Part shown: piece after piece, positions 17,643 to 27,656 of the stretch | How positions within the stretch are numbered: the first letter of the stretch is position 1 | Layout of the letters: each line of letters starts with the position of its first letter | From: Candidatus Neochristensenella gallicola | GTDB lineage: Bacteria; Bacillota; Clostridia; Christensenellales; QALW01 | Reading direction: 5' to 3' | Assembly (NCBI GenBank): GCA_904419735.1 | Contig: CAJFSR010000001.1 | Span: 1 to 59,105, forward strand | Length of the DNA stretch: 59,105 bases | Made by a program: the position numbers and the translations under genes | The notes under the pieces: model-generated | Databases searched by the model: none | What the model was told of the DNA's origin: nothing | Seen by the model: only the letters and a program-made list of their open reading frames with translations

Positions 17643-20600
17643 ATGGAAAAGCATGTACATGTAAAAAAGAGAACAGCTGTTAAATTTCTTAAGACAACTC
17701 TGGCTGTTTTGCTTATGATGGCTATTGCTTTGGCATCGGCTATTATAGTTCACAGAACGGATATGGGCGTACCGGCCATTACTCAGGTGGAAAATGGTTT
17801 GTCAGCATATGAATTGGCTGTGCAGTACGGCTACGAAGGAACAGTGCAGGATTGGCTTCAATCTCTTACAGGCAAATCGGCATACGACATTGCAAAGGAA
17901 AACGGATATTCGGGAACCGAACAAGAATGGGCCTCTTCACTCCAGGCTGCTGCAGAACAGGATATTGCGGGAATAAAAACGGCCGCCTTTTCTGAAAAAG
18001 GTGAGCTGATTATTACTTTGACTGATGAACGTGTAATTAATCTTGGTAAAGCTGTTGGCGCTGACGGCAAGGATGGAGAGAAGGGAGAAAAGGGAGATGC
18101 TGGGGCAACGGGTGCGCAGGGAGAAAAAGGGGATACCGGCGCAACCGGTGCAGCAGGTAAGGACGGCGTAGGCGTAAGCAGGGCTTATATTAATGCCGAT
18201 GGACAGCTTATTATGGAATTTTCGGATGGCAGCAGCGTAAATCTGGACAAGGTTGTTGGCAGCACGGGAGAAGCTGGCGTAGGGATTTCGGATTCTGTTA
18301 TAAACGACAAAGGCGAACTGGTATTGACCTATACAAACGGACAGACTGCAAACCTTGGAAATGTTATTGGAGCCAAGGGCGATAAAGGCGACGCAGGGGC
18401 AGCAGGTGCGCAGGGGCCTCAAGGAGAGAAGGGGGAGGATGGCATAAGCGTTGTCAGTTCTGCTATTAATGAAAAAGGCGAACTGGTTCTTGCGTACTCT
18501 GATGGCAGCGCGGTCAATCTTGGCGTTGTTGTCGGAGCGCGGGGTGAAAAGGGCGACAAGGGCGACACTGGCGCTTCAGGTACAAATGGAATAAGCGTGA
18601 CCGGTGCGGAGATCACTTCCACTGGTGAGCTGGTGCTTTCTTATTCCAACGGCCAGCGTGATAATCTTGGAAATGTTATTGGGGCCAAGGGCGATAAAGG
18701 CGACGCCGGTGCAACCGGCGCGCAGGGTGACAAGGGGGACACCGGCGCGGCGGGTAAGGATGGCATCAGCGTAACCAAATCTGAAATTAACCAAAAAGGC
18801 GAGCTGGTGCTCACCTATTCGGATAACCGCGTGGAAAATCTCGGCGTTGTGGTCGGCGCACAGGGTATACAGGGTGAAAAGGGAGACAAGGGAGATACCG
18901 GAGCCACAGGTGAGCAGGGAGAAAAGGGAGAAGACGGCGTCGGTATCCGCGCGATTGATATCACAGAAGACAACCAACTGCAAATTGCCCTGACAAACGG
19001 CACTACCCTGAATTTGGGCAATATCAAAGGCGAAAAGGGAGATGCGGGAGCAACAGGCGCTGCCGGTGAAGACGGCGTGGGTATTTCCGGGGCATCCATC
19101 AACGAGTTCGGAGAACTGGTGATTGCTTATTCGGACGGTGACAGTGTTAATCTCGGCGCTGTAGTCGGGGCAAAGGGCGACAAAGGCGAGCAGGGTGAGC
19201 AGGGTATCCAGGGCGAAGCCGGCATAGGAGTTGCCAATACGGAAATTAACGAGGCCGGTGAGCTGGTTATCACCTACTCGGACGGCAAAACCGCCAATCT
19301 TGGCGTTGTAGTCGGTAAAGACGGCGCGCAGGGCGAAAAGGGAGACAAAGGCGATACCGGCGCGGCGGGCGAAGACGGCAAAGACGGCATTGGGGTTGCC
19401 AAGACAGAAATCAATGAGGCCGGTGAGCTTATTGTTACCTATTCTAACGGCGAATCTGAGAACCTTGGCGTAGTAGTCGGCGAAGACGGACAGGATGGGG
19501 CCCAGGGCGAAAAGGGTGATAAGGGAGATACGGGTGCAGCGGGTCAAGACGGCATTGGTATTTCTGCGGCGGACATCAACCATGACGGCGAACTGATTTT
19601 GACTTTTTCCAATTCTGACAGTATCAACCTTGGCCGCATTGTTGGACAGGATGGGGCCAAAGGTGAAAAGGGCGACAGAGGCGAACAGGGCGTCGGCATT
19701 GCCAACGTCACCATTACTGCCCAAGGCGCGCTGAATGTAGAATTGACAAACGGCACATTGCTTCAGCTGGGCAATGTAAAAGGAGCGGACGGCATCGGCA
19801 TTGCCAAATCAGAAATCAATGCTTCGGGACATCTGGTGCTGACCTATTCAAACGGGCAGACCGCCGATCTCGGCAATGTCGTCGGCGCTGACGGCGCGTC
19901 TGGGGCTGACGGCGAGGACGGAGTAGGCATAAAGACCGTGACCCTTTCCACCGCAGGCGAACTGAGCGTCACCCTGACTGACAATTCCGTATTCAATCTG
20001 GGCAATGTCAAAGGTCCCAAGGGGGATAAGGGGGATAAAGGGGATACCGGCGCAACGGGCCCGCAGGGCGAGCAAGGCGCAACGGGCGCGCAGGGTCCGC
20101 AGGGTGAAACCGGCGCGACAGGCGCACAAGGCCCGCAGGGCGAAAAGGGGGATAAAGGCGACAAGGGCGATGCCGGCCGCGGTATCGACCATATGGAAAT
20201 TGTTGACGGAGAACTCTGGGTGTATTATACTGATGGAACAAGCCAGAATTTGGGGAGCGTTGGAAGCGGCGCTGGTGAAGAAGACATTTTGATATATGTT
20301 GAATTGTCCGATGGTACATATGGTGTAAAAGCCGGAGAAGGAGCCAAAGATGTTGCTACGATCGAAATTCCCGACACATACAACGGTAAGGCGGTAACGC
20401 AAATTGTTGATAACGCTTTTTCAGGCTTAGGAAATCTTAGTTCTGTTACCATACCTGAAGGCATTGTAAGCATTGGCGAAAATGCATTTTTTAATTGTAG
20501 TGCGCTTAATAATATTCAATTGCCAGCAACTTTACGGTCTATTCAATCAGGCGCTTTTAGAAATTGCATTTCGCTAACTGAGATTGTTATTCCAAACGCA

Positions 20601-20915
20601 ACAAATTATATCGGTGAGTATGCGTTTTATGAATGCAATATGTTAAAGTCAGTGACATTTCAACAAACAGAAAATTGGGTCACTTCTAAATCACCAGCGA
20701 ACAAAGTGTCTGGCGGAATATTTATCTTTAATTATAGAGGCCATGACATTTATGAGGGTGAAGTTTATAGAGATGTATATAGATACTTTTCGAGCCCCAG
20801 CAGTATAGCAAGTCTGTTGGTTGGAGATGTTCCGATAAGCTATGAGTCTTATCATCTCGAACAATTAACTTACACAGCGCAACTTTATAAATATGAGTGG
20901 TATGTATCTGAATAA
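17643..20915 (+). CDS. Collagen-like surface fibre with ~15 beta-rich repeats and a C-terminal BspA-type LRR domain
   Basis: N-terminal hydrophobic helix; SAYELA/SAYDIA repeats; Gly-X-Y runs alternating with GxGI...GEL...NLG modules; [16 protein letters not shown]-type LRRs. Confidence 0.9.
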   Translation: MEKHVHVKKRTAVKFLKTTLAVLLMMAIALASAIIVHRTDMGVPAITQVENGLSAYELAVQYGYEGTVQDWLQSLTGKSAYDIAKENGYSGTEQEWASSLQAAAEQDIAGIKTAAFSEKGELIITLTDERVINLGKAVGADGKDGEKGEKGDAGATGAQGEKGDTGATGAAGKDGVGVSRAYINADGQLIMEFSDGSSVNLDKVVGSTGEAGVGISDSVINDKGELVLTYTNGQTANLGNVIGAKGDKGDAGAAGAQGPQGEKGEDGISVVSSAINEKGELVLAYSDGSAVNLGVVVGARGEKGDKGDTGASGTNGISVTGAEITSTGELVLSYSNGQRDNLGNVIGAKGDKGDAGATGAQGDKGDTGAAGKDGISVTKSEINQKGELVLTYSDNRVENLGVVVGAQGIQGEKGDKGDTGATGEQGEKGEDGVGIRAIDITEDNQLQIALTNGTTLNLGNIKGEKGDAGATGAAGEDGVGISGASINEFGELVIAYSDGDSVNLGAVVGAKGDKGEQGEQGIQGEAGIGVANTEINEAGELVITYSDGKTANLGVVVGKDGAQGEKGDKGDTGAAGEDGKDGIGVAKTEINEAGELIVTYSNGESENLGVVVGEDGQDGAQGEKGDKGDTGAAGQDGIGISAADINHDGELILTFSNSDSINLGRIVGQDGAKGEKGDRGEQGVGIANVTITAQGALNVELTNGTLLQLGNVKGADGIGIAKSEINASGHLVLTYSNGQTADLGNVVGADGASGADGEDGVGIKTVTLSTAGELSVTLTDNSVFNLGNVKGPKGDKGDKGDTGATGPQGEQGATGAQGPQGETGATGAQGPQGEKGDKGDKGDAGRGIDHMEIVDGELWVYYTDGTSQNLGSVGSGAGEEDILIYVELSDGTYGVKAGEGAKDVATIEIPDTYNGKAVTQIVDNAFSGLGNLSSVTIPEGIVSIGENAFFNCSALNNIQLPATLRSIQSGAFRNCISLTEIVIPNATNYIGEYAFYECNMLKSVTFQQTENWVTSKSPANKVSGGIFIFNYRGHDIYEGEVYRDVYRYFSSPSSIASLLVGDVPISYESYHLEQLTYTAQLYKYEWYVSE

Positions 20916-21009
20916 ATCGGGCTGTGCTCTAAAAATAACAAATTAAACGGTAGAGATTGAATAGCGGCAGGTGTGCTGCCTGCCGCTAGCTACTGAAAGG
21001 GGAATTTAT

Positions 21010-21897
21010 ATGATCTATCATTATACAAATTATGAAAATGCAAAGAGCATTTTGAAAAGCCAAAAGTTATATTTAGGTTCGTCTATGAGTATGGAGGATA
21101 AGATGGATCGGTTTTATGCTAATTTGTATGCTACCGTTCATTTATTAACATCTAAATATAAACATTATCAAGACATTCGGAAAAACTTAACCACAGATGA
21201 AATCTTAAAAATAAATGAGGAATCCCTTAATCTGCCTATTTATTCAGCCTCGTTTTGCAAGATGCCAGATAATGAATATTTGTGGGAAAATTATGCGGAC
21301 AATAAAAAAGGGGTGGCGCTTGGCTTTAATGAAGAACTTTTGCAAAAGAACATCGAGGAGACGCTAAGACACCACTATAAAGATATAGATGGCGATAAGA
21401 CTTATTGTCCGGAGGCGCCAAAGGTTTTACCGCTGCGGACAGTGATATACAGCAGCAGCGATGCCAAAAAATTCATGAATAAAGTTGCCGATGATTTATA
21501 CAACTGGTTATTTGTAAATCTGGATACAGGTAAAACAATAGACTATAAATTTTGGTGGAAACTGATCTTATGCCTTGCAGGAGGTGTGATAAAAAGCGAA
21601 AAATATAAAGAAGAAAAAGAAATGCGCCTGATTTTCCCCGATATATACGATGAAAAGTATATGTCGGATTATCCGATTATAATGATTCAGAAATACGAAT
21701 ATGAGGAGGGCATGACACAATTAGGCTTGATGACATTACTCACTAATGAACCCAAAGAGCGTTTTGAGCTGGATTTGCAAAGTCCGTTTAATGCTGAAAA
21801 AGTAATTACAAAAATAAGCTTAGGAAAAGATTTTCCTGAAGAAAAGATGGAAGAAGTTAAAAGTTTGGCTGAAATTAATAAATTGCAGATGCTTTAG
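21010..21897 (+). CDS. DUF2971-like protein
   Basis: IYHYT, SASFC...LWENYADNKKGVALGF and K...YKEEKEMR motifs; AT-rich; ATG 21010 behind AAGGGG. Confidence 0.7.
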   Translation: MIYHYTNYENAKSILKSQKLYLGSSMSMEDKMDRFYANLYATVHLLTSKYKHYQDIRKNLTTDEILKINEESLNLPIYSASFCKMPDNEYLWENYADNKKGVALGFNEELLQKNIEETLRHHYKDIDGDKTYCPEAPKVLPLRTVIYSSSDAKKFMNKVADDLYNWLFVNLDTGKTIDYKFWWKLILCLAGGVIKSEKYKEEKEMRLIFPDIYDEKYMSDYPIIMIQKYEYEEGMTQLGLMTLLTNEPKERFELDLQSPFNAEKVITKISLGKDFPEEKMEEVKSLAEINKLQML

Positions 21898-22044
21898 GCC
21901 ATCTCTGTTGCAGTTGTTTTATAACGATAGATGATTTTTGTGGAAAACGAGATGGGACAGACGGAAGCTTTGGCTTTGCTTAAGAAAAATGCAAAAACCG
22001 GTTGCGCGGGGCGGAAGGATGTGTTATTATATTAAAAATAAAAA

Positions 22045-22278
22045 ATAAACGCTGGGAAAAAGAAAAGTAGTCTGTTTTATTCGCTTTAAAGAGAATGGCG
22101 TATTTGGTGGAAGCGCCTGGGCGGGGGACGGATGAAGTTCGCTTTGGAGCGGCCCTGCTGAAAAATGCAGTAGGCGGGGACGGTCGTTAGGCCGTTATAT
22201 AATTAAGGCTCTTTATCTGAGAGTAAATTAGGGTGGTACCACGGTCTTTCGTCCCTTGCGAAAGGCCTTTTTTATTTT
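22045..22278 (+). ncRNA. T-box riboswitch with Phe specifier
   Basis: AGTA, AGAGA and GGTGGAA stem I motifs; specifier GAAG-TTC (22138-22140); T-box AATTAGGGTGGTACCACGG; hairpin plus U-tract; upstream of pheS. Confidence 0.92.
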
Positions 22279-22317
22279 ACCTGCGCCAAGAGCGCGAGAG
22301 GGAGGAATTTGTTTATT

Positions 22318-23337
22318 ATGGATAAGAACGAGCAAATAAGGGAGGAAGCGCTTAAAGAGATAGAAAGCGCGGGCCAGCCCAGAATGCTGGAAGAGCTCAA
22401 GGTTAAGTATATAGGCAAAAAGGGGAAGATAACCGAACTTTCCCGCATGATGGGTTCTCTTCTTCCCGAAGAGCGCCCTGCTTTCGGTCAAAAATTGAAC
22501 CAGCTCCGCAAGCAGCTTGAAGAGGCGTTTGAAAAGAAGGAAAAGGAAATTAAGGACAGGCTGCTGGCCGAGCGTCTGGAAAATGAACGCATAGACGTTA
22601 CTATTCCGGCACACCCGGCGGAGACGGGCAGCCTGCACCCGCTTTCCATTGTGCGCAACGAGCTTATAGAAATATTTGTGCGCATGGGCTTTGATGTGGC
22701 TGAAGGGCCGGAGGTAGAGACTGATTATTATAATTTCCAGGCCTTAAACATTCCCCTGGACCATCCTGCGCGGGATATGCAGGATACCTTTTATGTCACT
22801 GAAAACCTGCTTTTGAGGTCCCAGACCTCAGCTATGCAGATACGCACTATGGAAAAGCAGAAGCCGCCTATAAGAATAATATGTCCCGGCCGCGTTTTCA
22901 GGGCGGACGAAGCGGACGCTACCCATTCTCCTATATTCCATCAGATGGAGGGGCTTGTTGTGGACAAAGGGATAACCATGTGCGACCTTAAGGGTACGCT
23001 GGACGTCTTTGCGCGGGAGGTTTACGGACCAAATACCCAGACCAAGTTCCGGCCGTCCTATTTCCCTTTTACCGAGCCCAGCGTAGAAGTGGACGTAACA
23101 TGCAGCGAATGCGGAGGCAAGGGCTGCCGCGTATGCAAAGGCAGCGGCTGGGTGGAAATACTGGGCGCAGGCATGGTTAATCCCAAGGTTTTATCCGGCT
23201 GCGGCATAGATCCGGCGGTATATTCAGGGTTTGCCTTTGGCATGGGCATAGACCGCATAGCGCTGACCAGATACAAGATATCCGATATGCGCATTATGTT
23301 TGAAAACGACGTGCGTTTTCTTGAACAATTCAAATAA
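22318..23337 (+). CDS. pheS: Phenylalanine-tRNA ligase alpha subunit
   Basis: HPARDMQDTF, FRPSYFPFTEPS and GFAFGMG motifs. Confidence 0.97.
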   Translation: MDKNEQIREEALKEIESAGQPRMLEELKVKYIGKKGKITELSRMMGSLLPEERPAFGQKLNQLRKQLEEAFEKKEKEIKDRLLAERLENERIDVTIPAHPAETGSLHPLSIVRNELIEIFVRMGFDVAEGPEVETDYYNFQALNIPLDHPARDMQDTFYVTENLLLRSQTSAMQIRTMEKQKPPIRIICPGRVFRADEADATHSPIFHQMEGLVVDKGITMCDLKGTLDVFAREVYGPNTQTKFRPSYFPFTEPSVEVDVTCSECGGKGCRVCKGSGWVEILGAGMVNPKVLSGCGIDPAVYSGFAFGMGIDRIALTRYKISDMRIMFENDVRFLEQFK

Positions 23338-23357
23338 AGCGAAAGGAAAAAAGAAAA

Positions 23358-25739
23358 ATGAAGATATCTTTAAGCTGGCTTAAGCAATATGTTGATATAG
23401 ATGTAGCGCCTCAGGAATTATGCGACAGGATGACAATGGCGGGCTTTGAAATAGAGGAAATGCAGGATTTGTCCCAGAGCATGAGAAATGTCGTGGTGGG
23501 GCGGATTGAAAAATTGGAAAAGCATCCGGACGCGGACAGGCTTAAAATCTGCCAGGTCAATGTGGGAGACAGAACCGTGCAGATAGTAACGGGCGCCGAC
23601 AATGTTTTTGCCGGAGCGCTGGTGCCTGCGGCGCTGGACGGCTCTTTGCTGCCTACGGGCCAGGAAATAAGGAGCGGCAAGCTGCGCGGCGTCGTCTCGG
23701 ACGGCATGCTCTGTTCGGGCGAAGAGCTGATGCTCACTGAAGAGGAATATCCGGGCGCGGGAGTATACGGGATATTAATACTTAAGCCCGACTGCGTTAT
23801 AGGCGCAGATATGAAAGAGGTGCTGGGCAGGAACGACTGCATAATAGATTTTAAGGTTACGCCTAACCGTCCCGACTGCCTCTGCGCCCTGGGCATTGCG
23901 CGCGAAATCTCGGTAATGCTTAAAAAGCCTTTTAATAAGCCGGTGGTTTCGGGGGCAAATAAAGGCGGAGAAATAGAGAGCTTTGCAAAAGTAGAGGTAA
24001 GGGACCAGGAGCTCTGCCCGCGCTATATGGCGCGGGGAGTGCGCAATGTGAAAATTGAGCCTTCGCCCAAATGGATGCAGGAAAGGCTTTTGGCCGCGGG
24101 CATGCGGCCCATATCCAATATAGTGGATATTACTAATTACGTTATGCTGGAAACAGGCCAGCCCATGCACGCCTTTGATATGCGGGACGTTACCAGCCGC
24201 CAAATTGTGGTAAGGCGGGCGCAGGAGAAGGAAAAGCTTGTAACGCTGGATAAAAAGGAGCATGAGCTTAACAGCAGCATGCTGGTTATTGCCGATGAAG
24301 CGCGCGCGGTGGGACTGGCCGGCATAATGGGCGGCCTTAACAGCGAAATCAAGCCGGATACGTCAGAAATACTGTTTGAATCGGCCAAATTCAAGCGGGA
24401 CAGCGTGCGCCGCACAGCGCGCGCCCTGGGCATACGCACCGAGGCCAGCTCCAGATACGAAAAGGGTATTGATATAGATAATGTGGAGTATGCTGTCAAC
24501 CGGGCTATAGACTTAGTTAAGGAGCTTAATGCCGGGGAAGTAATAGAGGGCGCTATTGATATAAGCGTGCCCTTTGAAAAGACCCGTTCGCTTACTGTTT
24601 GCCCTAAAAGCATTAATGCGCTTCTGGGCGTAGAAGTCGGGACGGAGGAAATGATAAGCATACTTGAGGCGCTTGAAATACCCGCTCAGCAGGACGGGGA
24701 TACTTTAAAGCTTACCATTCCTTCCTTCAGGGAGGATATAGAGCATGAAGCGGATATAGCCGAAGAGATAATACGAATCTATGGCTACGAGCACATAACG
24801 GCTACCCCGCTTAGGGGCGAGATAGTGCTGGGCAGACGCCCTGAGAGCATGCTCAGGGATGAAAAGATAAAAAGCAGGCTGGTAATGAACGGCTACCGCG
24901 AGATTGTAACGTATTCCTTTGTTTCGCCTAAAGTATACGATATGCTCAGGCTGCCTGCAGATGATTGCCGCCGGAATGCGGTACCCCTTATAAATTCGCT
25001 GGGCGAGGATTACAGCCTTATGCGCACTCAGCTCTATCACAGCATGCTGTCTGTTATGGCTACTAATGTCAGCAGGAGCGTTGAGAGTGTGCGGCTGTTT
25101 GAAATATCCATGCTGCATTTCCCCAAGGAAATGCCTATAGTAAACCAGCCTGAGGAGAAGGCGCATATATGCCTGGGCGCCTATGGAGATATAGATTTCT
25201 TCGGGCTTAAAAGCGCCGTAGAGGGCATAATGGAAACCCTTAACGTAAGCGCGGAGTACAGGCCGTCAAACCAACCCTTTATGCATCCCGGACGGCAGGC
25301 GGAAATAATAGTCCAGGGCAAGAGAATAGGGCATATCGGTGAAATACATCCTCTGGTGCTGGAAAGCTATTCAATAGATAAGCCGGCGGTATGCGCTCAA
25401 TTCTGTCTGGACGATATAATACCCTCCAATAAAACCATAGTATATAAGCCTTTGTCCAAGTATCCGAGCGTGCAGCGGGATTTGGCTGTGGTAGTGGAGG
25501 AACAGACGGCTGCCGGAGAGCTTATCAAGGCTATACAGGGCGCGGGAGGAAATAATCTTAAGAGCGTAGAGCTGTTTGATATTTACCGTTCGCCTCTTTT
25601 GGGAGCGGATAAAAAGAGCATGGCTTTTTCACTGATTTTCCGTTCGGAGGAGAGAACTCTGACCGTGGAAGAAGTTGCCAAGGCCTTTGATAAAATTGTG
25701 CGGGCGCTGGAATATAAATTCGGGGCCAAGCTGAGATAA
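23358..25739 (+). CDS. pheT: Phenylalanine-tRNA ligase beta subunit
   Basis: KHPDADRL, TPNRPDCL, GQPMHAFD and YPSVQRDLA motifs. Confidence 0.97.
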   Translation: MKISLSWLKQYVDIDVAPQELCDRMTMAGFEIEEMQDLSQSMRNVVVGRIEKLEKHPDADRLKICQVNVGDRTVQIVTGADNVFAGALVPAALDGSLLPTGQEIRSGKLRGVVSDGMLCSGEELMLTEEEYPGAGVYGILILKPDCVIGADMKEVLGRNDCIIDFKVTPNRPDCLCALGIAREISVMLKKPFNKPVVSGANKGGEIESFAKVEVRDQELCPRYMARGVRNVKIEPSPKWMQERLLAAGMRPISNIVDITNYVMLETGQPMHAFDMRDVTSRQIVVRRAQEKEKLVTLDKKEHELNSSMLVIADEARAVGLAGIMGGLNSEIKPDTSEILFESAKFKRDSVRRTARALGIRTEASSRYEKGIDIDNVEYAVNRAIDLVKELNAGEVIEGAIDISVPFEKTRSLTVCPKSINALLGVEVGTEEMISILEALEIPAQQDGDTLKLTIPSFREDIEHEADIAEEIIRIYGYEHITATPLRGEIVLGRRPESMLRDEKIKSRLVMNGYREIVTYSFVSPKVYDMLRLPADDCRRNAVPLINSLGEDYSLMRTQLYHSMLSVMATNVSRSVESVRLFEISMLHFPKEMPIVNQPEEKAHICLGAYGDIDFFGLKSAVEGIMETLNVSAEYRPSNQPFMHPGRQAEIIVQGKRIGHIGEIHPLVLESYSIDKPAVCAQFCLDDIIPSNKTIVYKPLSKYPSVQRDLAVVVEEQTAAGELIKAIQGAGGNNLKSVELFDIYRSPLLGADKKSMAFSLIFRSEERTLTVEEVAKAFDKIVRALEYKFGAKLR

Positions 25740-25888
25740 AAAATATTTAGGGAGGATGCGCGGGCCGCTGCTTTATAACGGCCTGCGCGTTTTATTTAAC
25801 GCCCAAAGGCGCCGGGCCTTAAAAACGGTGCTGAAGGAAGAGGTTTCGGAAAGAAGTCGTCTCCGGTTTCTTTATAAACAGAATTGAC

Positions 25889-25990
25889 CCTTTCAGGAGA
25901 GGGAAACTGCATGATAGGTTACATCGAACTACATTAACTTTAATCTGTCCGGGACCTTTCAGGAGAGGGAAATTGCATGATAGGTTACAT
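25889..25990. repeat. Two 36-bp direct repeats separated by 30 bp of unique sequence
   Basis: CCTTTCAGGAGAGGGAAA(C/T)TGCATGATAGGTTACAT at 25889-25924 and 25955-25990 (one mismatch). Confidence 0.9.
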
Positions 25991-26054
25991 ACTTTGAGAT
26001 GGGGCCAACCACATGATAAAGGACGGTTTTTATCGGCAAGTAAACAATGATCCT

Positions 26055-26227
26055 CTGGTGAGATATGATATTCGGCTTGGGCCGTATCAGATATTTTCCA
26101 CTTCGTGAAAATATCATATAATATCCATTTCTTCATATGCCATAGGCATATATCGTTGCTCGCAGAGCGATAGCGCACCGCCGGTATATAACTCGTTTGG
26201 TTAAGGAACGGGTATCACCGGTGCGCC
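26055..26227. repeat. Multi-hairpin REP-like intergenic element
   Basis: Serial stems GATATTTT..AAAATATC, ATATGCC-ATA-GGCATAT and GCGCACCG..CGGTGCGC, with recurring GATAT/ATATC words. Confidence 0.45.
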
Positions 26228-26318
26228 TTCCTTATGGAGAGTGCCCCAAGCGGTGTTATTTAAATTGACACCGGGCTTTTACATATGGTATATTATTTAA
26301 TAAACAAAAAAGGACATT

Positions 26319-27644
26319 ATGATAATGGAATTAAAGGACAGGATAGAAATAAAAGACGGCCGCTTGGCAGTTTCGGGCTGCGACTGTGTTGAATTGGCCA
26401 GGGAATACGGAACTCCCCTTTATGTGATGGATGAAAGCCGCATAAGAGCCAACTGCCGTTCATTAGTCAGTGCGATGAATAAATACGCGCCCGGCGGCCG
26501 GGTGATGTATGCCTCCAAAGCGTTTATGAACAAGGCCGTGTGCGTTATTGCGGCCAGCGAGGGGATGGGGCTGGACGTGGTTTCGGGCGGCGAACTGTAT
26601 ACGGCTCTTGAAGCGGGCATTTCGGGTTCGCTTATAGAAATGCACGGAAACAACAAGACCTATGAAGAAATTAAAATGGCCATTCGCGCTAAGGTCAGCC
26701 GCATAATAATAGACGGCTTTGACGAGATAGAGCGCATAGAAAGCGCGGCGCGGGAACTGGGCGCCAAGGGAGTGCCTGTGCTTATCCGTATACGTCCGGG
26801 CATAGAGGCGCATACCCATCAGGCTGTGCAGACTGCCAATCTGGACTGCAAATTCGGCTTCAATATGGCGTCGGGCGAGGCTATGAAGGCTGCCCGGATG
26901 CTTATGGCAAACGAGTATTTTGATTTTAAAGGCATTCACTGCCATATCGGTTCGCAAATATTTGAAATACCGCCTTTTGAGGTGCTGATAGGGCATTTTA
27001 TGGGTTTCGCTACGCAGCTTCGGGACGAGACGGGCTTTATAATAGACGATTTTAACTGCGGAGGCGGTTTTGGGGTAAGGTATACTTCGGCTGACGACCC
27101 TAAAGAGCCTGCGCTGTATATTCAGCATATTTCAAAGGTTTTAAAAGAGATATGCGCCCGGCACTCATATCCGGTTCCGCATATTACCGTTGAGCCGGGC
27201 CGCAGCATAGTGGGCGAAGCGGGCTATACGCTTTATACCGTGGGCGGCGTTAAGGAAATACCCGGCATTAGGACGTACGTTTCAGTTGACGGCGGTATGT
27301 TTGACAATCCGAGAAACGCGCTTTACGGCTCTGAATATACTGTTGTAAGCGCTCAGCGGCCGGATTCGCCCCATACGCGGGAAGTGACCATAGCGGGCAA
27401 GTGCTGCGAATCGGGCGACCTTATAACCGAGCACGCTTTTCTGCCGCAGGATATAAGCAGCGGAGAAATTATTGCTGTTTTAACTACCGGAGCATATAAT
27501 TATTCTATGGCCAGCAATTACAACCGCAATACCGTACCTGCCGTTGTTCTGGCAAATAACGGTCGCGCCAGCGTTATAGTTAAGCGGGAGAGCTATGAGG
27601 ATTTAGTTGCGCGGGATGTGGTTCCTGAGTATCTTATTAAATAA
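26319..27644 (+). CDS. lysA: Diaminopimelate decarboxylase
   Basis: YASKAF, HCHIGSQI, EPGRSIV, GKCCESGD and GAYNYSMASNYN motifs. Confidence 0.95.
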   Translation: MIMELKDRIEIKDGRLAVSGCDCVELAREYGTPLYVMDESRIRANCRSLVSAMNKYAPGGRVMYASKAFMNKAVCVIAASEGMGLDVVSGGELYTALEAGISGSLIEMHGNNKTYEEIKMAIRAKVSRIIIDGFDEIERIESAARELGAKGVPVLIRIRPGIEAHTHQAVQTANLDCKFGFNMASGEAMKAARMLMANEYFDFKGIHCHIGSQIFEIPPFEVLIGHFMGFATQLRDETGFIIDDFNCGGGFGVRYTSADDPKEPALYIQHISKVLKEICARHSYPVPHITVEPGRSIVGEAGYTLYTVGGVKEIPGIRTYVSVDGGMFDNPRNALYGSEYTVVSAQRPDSPHTREVTIAGKCCESGDLITEHAFLPQDISSGEIIAVLTTGAYNYSMASNYNRNTVPAVVLANNGRASVIVKRESYEDLVARDVVPEYLIK

Positions 27645-27656
27645 ACGGAGGTCATC

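Noticed and set aside
17794-20473. Many antisense and alternative-frame ORFs (up to 382 aa) inside the collagen gene
   Set aside because: Expected shadows of GC-rich Gly-X-Y repeat codons; no independent motifs
20650-20915. Fibre C-terminus as a diversity-generating retroelement or shufflon target
   Set aside because: No reverse transcriptase, template repeat, alternative tip cassettes or further recombination sites seen
16200-21990. Treating the recombinase island as a prophage or ICE
   Set aside because: No att-like direct repeats or phage/conjugation genes; the adjacent inverted sites explain the recombinase
25889-25990. Calling this a bona fide CRISPR array
   Set aside because: Only two repeats, no cas genes, no leader and no canonical repeat ends; kept as a repeat and a finding
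25819-26178. 119-aa minus-strand ORF with a repeated CNLSC.FPLLKG
   Set aside because: Translation of the 36-bp DNA repeat; no clear RBS or protein-like features
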